The notes under the pieces are model-generated. The model made no database searches, was not told where the DNA came from, and saw only the letters and a list, made by a program, of their open reading frames with translations. This document shows, piece by piece, positions 39,055-44,744 of a stretch of DNA of 44,744 bases. This DNA comes from Macrostomum lignano (Eukaryota), in contig NIVC01004476.1 in NCBI GenBank assembly GCA_002269645.1, forward strand, positions 1 to 44,744. Reading direction: 5' to 3'. Numbering within the stretch: the first letter of the stretch is position 1; every line of letters starts with the position of its first letter. A program made the position numbers and the translations under genes.

Positions 39055-39440
39055 TAGGGATCAACTGTGATCATACTGACAATCAAAAAAACTGTAATCA
39101 GAAGGAAAAAATCATGCACAGTCTTTTGCCAATCACAATTTTTGAATTTTGTGAATTAAATTTTACTTTTTTAAGTCATAGCACAACCAAAGCAAACCAA
39201 AATTGCAACAAATCAGTGCAGATGTAACAAAGCCATGTAATGAAAATGGTCAAACAATAAACATGATAAACAAAGCTTAAAAATCAATAAAAATACAAGA
39301 CTTGGTAGTATTAACACTAATCTGTAATCATTCTGTGTTTAAATTAAAATGTATATTATAAAAAAAATTCAAGGTCATGCACAATTTCATGCACAGTCTA
39401 GTTCCAATCATGCACAAAAATCGTGGTTGGTTGATCCCTG
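39055..39440. mobile_element. Candidate hAT-like MITE, about 386 bp
   Basis: TIR (T)AGGGATCAAC / GTTGATCCCT(G); subterminal TCATGCACA repeats near both ends; 8-bp flanks CTTTTAGC and CTTCTAAA match at only 5/8. Confidence 0.5.
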
Positions 39441-39656
39441 CTTCTAAACAGTATGTTTTGATTTTTTGATAGCCTTTAAAACCATATTTTTCAAAAATGT
39501 ATAAATGTTTTGATTGGGCCTGATTAAATGAATAGGGGCAATGCTTTTTGATAGTATCAATTTTCTATAAAGGTTTATTATCTAGTATTTTTCTTCCTGG
39601 TTGCTAGCTTGCCCCTAGTTAATCTCTAACAAATCTAACAATATTCATGAGCAAGC

Positions 39657-39986
39657 ATGCATGACAGTGGGTTGCTATTGGTTACCCAGGCCATCACCCG
39701 CCATCACCTGCAGCGTCTGCTTCGCCTGGCTGGTGAGCGAGTGCGCGGCCGCCTCTATCTCTGCCTGGAGCGAGCGCCCCTGACCCCCAGAACCATCAGC
39801 CTATGCTATAGCCAGCCCACCCGTCCCGGCCTGGATGTTCGCTACCTGCACCCGGACTGGCCGAAACATGCTGGCCGAGTCTGCGACCTGCTCATGCATG
39901 ATTGTCCGAGCTTGTCACCTGGGCAGGCTGTTGACTTGGCCAACAGGTACCTAGCTGGCCGGCCCGGAATGGCAGAGGCTCTGACG
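39657..39986 (+). CDS. COASY: Bifunctional coenzyme A synthase, exon 1 (N-terminal domain)
   Basis: MHDSGLLLVT...ERVRGRLYL...LDVRYL resembles the animal COASY N-terminus; donor GTGAGC at 39987; assignment supported by downstream PPAT and DPCK exons. Confidence 0.75.
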
Positions 39987-40004
39987 GTGAGCTTGAATGC
40001 AGAT

Positions 40005-42470
40005 CTTCCCGCATCTTGTAATCTTCCTGCTTATTTTCATATCTTTCCACATTTTGCGTATCTTCCGAATCGCTTGTATCTTCCCGTATCTTCCCGTACT
40101 TTCCCGCATCTTCCCGTATCGCTTGTATCTTCCCGTATCTTCCCGTACTTTCCCGCATCTTCCCGTATCGCTTGTATCTTCCCGTATCTTCCCGTACTTT
40201 CCCGCATCTTCCGTATCGCTTGTATCTTCCCGTATCTTCCCGTACTTTCCCGCATCTTCCCGTATCGCTTGTATCTTCCGTATCTTCCCGTACTTTCCGC
40301 ATCTTTCCGTATCGCTTGTATCTTCCCGTATCTTCCCGTACTTTCCCGCATCTTTCCGTATCGCTTGTATCTTCCCGTATCTTCCCGTACTTTCCCGCAT
40401 CTTCCCGTATCGCTTGTATCTTCCCGTATCTTCCCGTACTTTCCCGCATCTTTCCGTATCGCTTGTATCTTCCCGTATCTTCCCGTACTTTCCCGCATCT
40501 TCCCGTATCGCTTGTATCTTCCCGTATCTTCCCGTACTTTCCCGCATCTTCCCGTATCGCTTGTATCTTCCCGTATCTTCCCGTACTTTCCCGCATCTTT
40601 CCGTATCGCTTGTATCTTCCCGTATCTTCCCGTACTTTCCCGCATCTTCCCGTATCGCTTGTATCTTCCCGTATCTTCCCGTACTTTCCCGCATCTTCCC
40701 GTATCGCTTGTATCTTCCCGTATCTTCCCGTACTTTCCCGCATCTTCCCGTATCGCTTGTATCTTCCCGTATCTTCCCGTACTTTCCCGCATCTTTCCGT
40801 ATCGCTTGTATCTTCCCGTATCTTCCCGTACTTTCCCGCATCTTCCCGTATCGCTTGTATCTTCCCGTATCTTCCGTACTTTCCCGCATCTTCCCGTATC
40901 GCTTGTATCTTCCCGTATCTTCCCGTACTTTCCCGCATCTTCCCGTATCGCTTGTATCTTCCCGTATCTTCCCGTACTTTCCCGCATCTTCCCGTATCGC
41001 TTGTATCTTCCCGTATCTTCCCGTACTTTCCCGCATCTTCCCGTATCGCTTGTATCTTCCCGTATCTTCCCGTACTTTCCCGCATCTTCCCGTATCGCTT
41101 GTATCTTCCCGTATCTTCCCGTACTTTCCCGCATCTTCCCGTATCGCTTGTATCTTCCCGTATCTTCCCGTACTTTCCCGCATCTTCCCGTATCGCTTGT
41201 ATCTTCCCGTATCTTCCCGTACTTTCCCGCATCTTCCCGTATCGCTTGTATCTTCCCGTATCTTCCCGTACTTTCCCGCATCTTCCCGTATCGCTTGTAT
41301 CTTCCCGTATCTTCCCGTACTTTCCCGCATCTTTCCGTATCGCTTGTATCTTCCCGTATCTTCCCGTACTTTCCCGCATCTTCCCGTATCGCTTGTATCT
41401 TCCGTATCTTCCCGTACTTTCCCGCATCTTCCCGTATCGCTTGTATCTTCCCGTATCTTCCCGTACTTTCCCGCATCTTCCCGTATCGCTTGTATCTTCC
41501 CGTATCTTCCCGTACTTTCCCGCATCTTCCCGTATCGCTTGTATCTTCCCGTATCTTCCCGTACTTTCCCGCATCTTCCGTATCGCTTGTATCTTCCCGT
41601 ATCTTCCCGTACTTTCCCGCATCTTCCGTATCGCTTGTATCTTCCGTATCTTCCCGTACTTTCCCGCATCTTCCCGTATCGCTTGTATCTTCCCGTATCT
41701 TCCCGTACTTTCCCGCATCTTCCCGTATCGCTTGTATCTTCCCGTATCTTCCCGTACTTTCCCGCATCTTCCCGTATCGCTTGTATCTTCCCGTATCTTC
41801 CCGTACTTTCCCGCATCTTCCCGTATCGCTTGTATCTTCCCGTATCTTCCCGTACTTTCCCGCATCTTCCCGTATCGCTTGTATCTTCCCGTATCTTCCC
41901 GTACTTTCCCGCATCTTTCCGTATCGCTTGTATCTTCCCGTATCTTCCCGTACTTTCCCGCATCTTCCCGTATCGCTTGTATCTTCCCGTATCTTCCCGT
42001 ACTTTCCCGCATCTTCCCGTATCGCTTGTATCTTCCCGTATCTTCCCGTACTTTCCCGCATCTTCCCGTATCGCTTGTATCTTCCCGTATCTTCCCGTAC
42101 TTTCCCGCATCTTCCCGTATCGCTTGTATCTTCCCGTATCTTCCCGTACTTTCCCGCATCTTCCCGTATCGCTTGTATCTTCCCGTATCTTCCCGTACTT
42201 TCCCGCATCTTTCCGTATCGCTTGTATCTTCCCGTATCTTCCCGTACTTTCCCGCATCTTCCCGTATCGCTTGTATCTTCCCGTATCTTCCCGTACTTTC
42301 CCGCATCTTCCCGTATCGCTTGTATCTTCCCGTATCGCTTGTATCTTCCGTATCGCTTGTATCTTCCCGTATCTTTCCGTATCGCTTGTATCTTCCCGTA
42401 TCCCTCCGCATCTTTCCATATCTTCCAAATCTTCCCAAATCTTCCCATATCTTCTCGTATCTTCCCGTCT
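40005..42470. repeat. Higher-order satellite: 49-bp unit built from five 9-10-mers (TCTTCCCGTA x2, CTTTCCCGCA, TCTTCCCGTA, TCGCTTGTA), about 50 copies, COASY intron 1
   Basis: TCGCTTGTA recurs every 49 bp. Confidence 0.97.
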
Positions 42471-42648
42471 TTTTGACCTGCAGAATCTTCTTCAGTCACC
42501 TGTAAAATTGCCCTCAATTCTCAAAGGAAAATCGCCCTCAACTACCTGTAGGAACTCATATTTTATAATCATATAATTTTTATTGTGTAATCTGACCGCA
42601 ACTTCTCGTCTATTTTTTAATCCTTCCCATCCGAATCCCCCATCCCAG

Positions 42649-43128
42649 GTGGAGCACCCGGAGCCGAGGAGCCCGAGGAGGACTTGGCCGACCCGGACTG
42701 GCGGCCCGACCAGTTTGCCAACGTGGCCCTTGCGGCCTTCGACCGGCTGCACTCAGGACACAAGATCCTGCTCGCCACCGGGGCGCTGCTTGCCAGCCGG
42801 GTGCTCACAATCGGCATCACCGGGCCCGGGTTGCTAGGCAACAAAGTGCTGCCGGATTTAATTCAGTCGTATCGAGAGCGGGCGGCCGCTGTAGTGGACT
42901 TCCTGGCCGACACCGGCCGGACGGGCCCGTGTATCATGTGACCGAGCTGGCCGAGCCGCTGGGCCCGCCGGCCGCCAGGCGACTACCAGGCCCTGGTGGC
43001 CAGTCCGGAGACCCGGTCGGGCTGCGACCGGATCAACGCGGCTCGGACAGCGGCCGGTGGCCGGAACTGCCCGTCCATTGCGTGCCCTTTGCCCAGGAGG
43101 AGGAGGAGCGACTCCGGCACGATTAATG
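42649..43128 (+). pseudogene. COASY: COASY exon 2, phosphopantetheine adenylyltransferase domain, with multiple frameshifts (pseudogene or consensus errors)
   Basis: FDRLHSGHKILL (HxGH nucleotidyltransferase motif); NKVLPDLIQSYRER; across frames ELAEPLGP, ALVASPETRSGCDRINAAR; CCCAG acceptor, GTGAGG donor at 43129. Confidence 0.88.
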
Positions 43129-43137
43129 GTGAGGGAG

Positions 43138-44278
43138 CCTGTTCACCCTAACCTGTTCACCCCAACCTGTTCACCCTAACCTGTTCACCCTAACCTGTTC
43201 ACCCCAACCTGTTCACCCTAACCTGTTCACCCCAACCTGTTCACCCCAACCTGTTCACCCCAACCTGTTCACCCCAACCTGTTCACCCTAACCTGTTCAC
43301 CCCAACCTGTTCACCCCAACCTGTTCACCCCAACCTGTTCACCCTAACCTGTTCACGCCAACCTGTTCACACCAATCTGTTCACCTCAACCTGTTCACCC
43401 CAACTTGTTCACCTCAACCTGTTCACACCAACCTGTTCACCCTAACCTGTTCACTCCAACCTGTTCACCCCAACCTGTTCACCTCAACCTGTTCACCCTA
43501 GCCTGTTCACCCAACCTGTTCACCCCAACCTGTTCACCCCAACCTGTTCACCCCAACTATTCACCTCAACCTGTTCACACCAACCTGTTCACCCCGACCT
43601 GTTCACACCAATCTGTTCACACCAATCTGTTCACCTCAACCTGTTAACCCCAAGCTGTTCACCTCAACCTGTTCACCCCAATCTGTTCACATCAACCTGT
43701 TCACCCCGACCTGTTCACACAACCTGTTCACCCCGACCTTTTCACCCCAACCTGTTCACCCCAACCTGTTCACCCCAACCTGTTCACCCTAACCTGTTCA
43801 CCCCAGGCTGTTCACCCCAAGCTGTTCACCCTAACCTGTTCACCCCAACCTGTTCACCCTAACCTGTTCACCCCAAGCTGTTCACACCAAGCTGTTCACC
43901 CTAACCTGTTCACCCCAACCTGTTCACACCAATCTGTTCACCTCAACCTGTTCACCTCAACCTGTTCACACCAACCTGTTCACCCCGACCTGTTCACCCC
44001 AACCTGTTCACCCCAACCTGTTCACCCCAACCTGTTCATCCCAATCTGTTAACCCCAACCTGTTCACCTCAACCTGTTCACACCAACCTGTTCACCCCGA
44101 CCTGTTCACCCCGACCTGTTCACCCCGACCTGTTCACCCCGACCTGTTCACACCAATCTGTTCACCTCAACCTGTTCACCCCAAGCTGTTCACACCAACC
44201 TGTTCACCCGACCTGTTCACCTCAACCTGTTCACCCCAACCTGTTCACACCAACCTGTTCACCCCGACCTGTTCAACC
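43138..44278. repeat. Minisatellite, 14-bp unit AACCTGTTCACCCC, about 80 copies, essentially the whole of COASY intron 2
   Basis: Directly visible, from about 9 nt after the donor up to the acceptor. Confidence 0.97.
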
Positions 44279-44280
44279 AG

Positions 44281-44660
44281 AGACGAAGCTCAGCTCCTCA
44301 ACCGGTCGGTACCGCCTGCTGGGCGCGCCGCTCGTCCGCCGCTCCGCCCGCCGGTGCCCGGACGGCCTTATGTGCTCGGCTCACGGGCGGCTCCGGCTCG
44401 GGCAAGAGCAGCGTCGGCCGCCGCCTCGCCGGTCTCGGCGCCCGCGTCGTCGACTGCGACCGGCTCGGCCACGCCGCCTACGGCCCGGCACCGCCTGCCA
44501 TCGCCGCCTGCTGGCCGAGTTCGGGCCAGAGATCGCGCGCGGACGGACCGGACGGCGCCATCGACCGGAAGGCGCTTGGCCGGCGCGTCTTCGCCGACCA
44601 GTCGGCCAGACAGCGACTGAACGACATCGTCTGGCCGGAGATCCGGCGCTTGCTTTAGAG
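44281..44660 (+). pseudogene. COASY: COASY exon 3, end of PPAT and start of dephospho-CoA kinase domain, frameshifted
   Basis: ETKLSSSTGRYRLLG; across frames PYVLG[L]TGGSGSGKSSV (P-loop), VVDCDRLGHAAY, DGAIDRKALGRRVF, LNDIVWPEI; probable donor at 44661. Confidence 0.88.
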
Positions 44661-44684
44661 GTTCGTCATGCAGAATCGCCGCTG

Positions 44685-44744
44685 CCACCTGTAGAATCTC
44701 CCTCAGCCACCTATAGAATCTCCCTCAGCCACCTGTAGAATCTC
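44685..44744. repeat. Start of a 22-bp tandem repeat CTCCCTCAGCCACCTGTAGAAT (probable COASY intron 3), cut by the window end
   Basis: About 2.7 copies visible. Confidence 0.75.

Noticed and set aside
39987-42576. Six ORFs of 777-939 aa over the 49-bp array
   Set aside because: Stop-free translations of a satellite in all frames. Only 39657-39986 is real; the ORF reads through the GT donor.

Overview
Eukaryotic (intron-containing) animal genomic DNA, not prokaryotic. GC-rich exons, AT-rich spacers and many long unrelated minisatellite arrays resemble the flatworm Macrostomum lignano; this is an inference from style only. In order: (1) a frameshifted SVOP/SV2-like MFS transporter on the minus strand; (2) an intronless PAN/Apple + C-type lectin gene whose signal peptide is out of frame; (3) a full-length 5.75-kb non-LTR retrotransposon (5564-11316; ORF1 plus intact APE-RT-RNase H-Zn finger ORF2; 14-bp TSD; LOA/Lian-like); (4) a clean 3-exon CDC123 gene (+); (5) a convergent CDKL1-like kinase gene with at least 8 coding exons (-); (6) a COASY (PPAT-dephospho-CoA kinase) gene (+) with many small deletions, running off the window. 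Roughly 30% of the window is tandem repeat. Nearly every long intron holds its own 14-49 bp unit, and several units carry a GTGAG splice-donor-like motif. Three inverted-repeat (MITE/foldback-like) structures lie at 34.4-39.4 kb. The long ORFs over the arrays are repeat artefacts.
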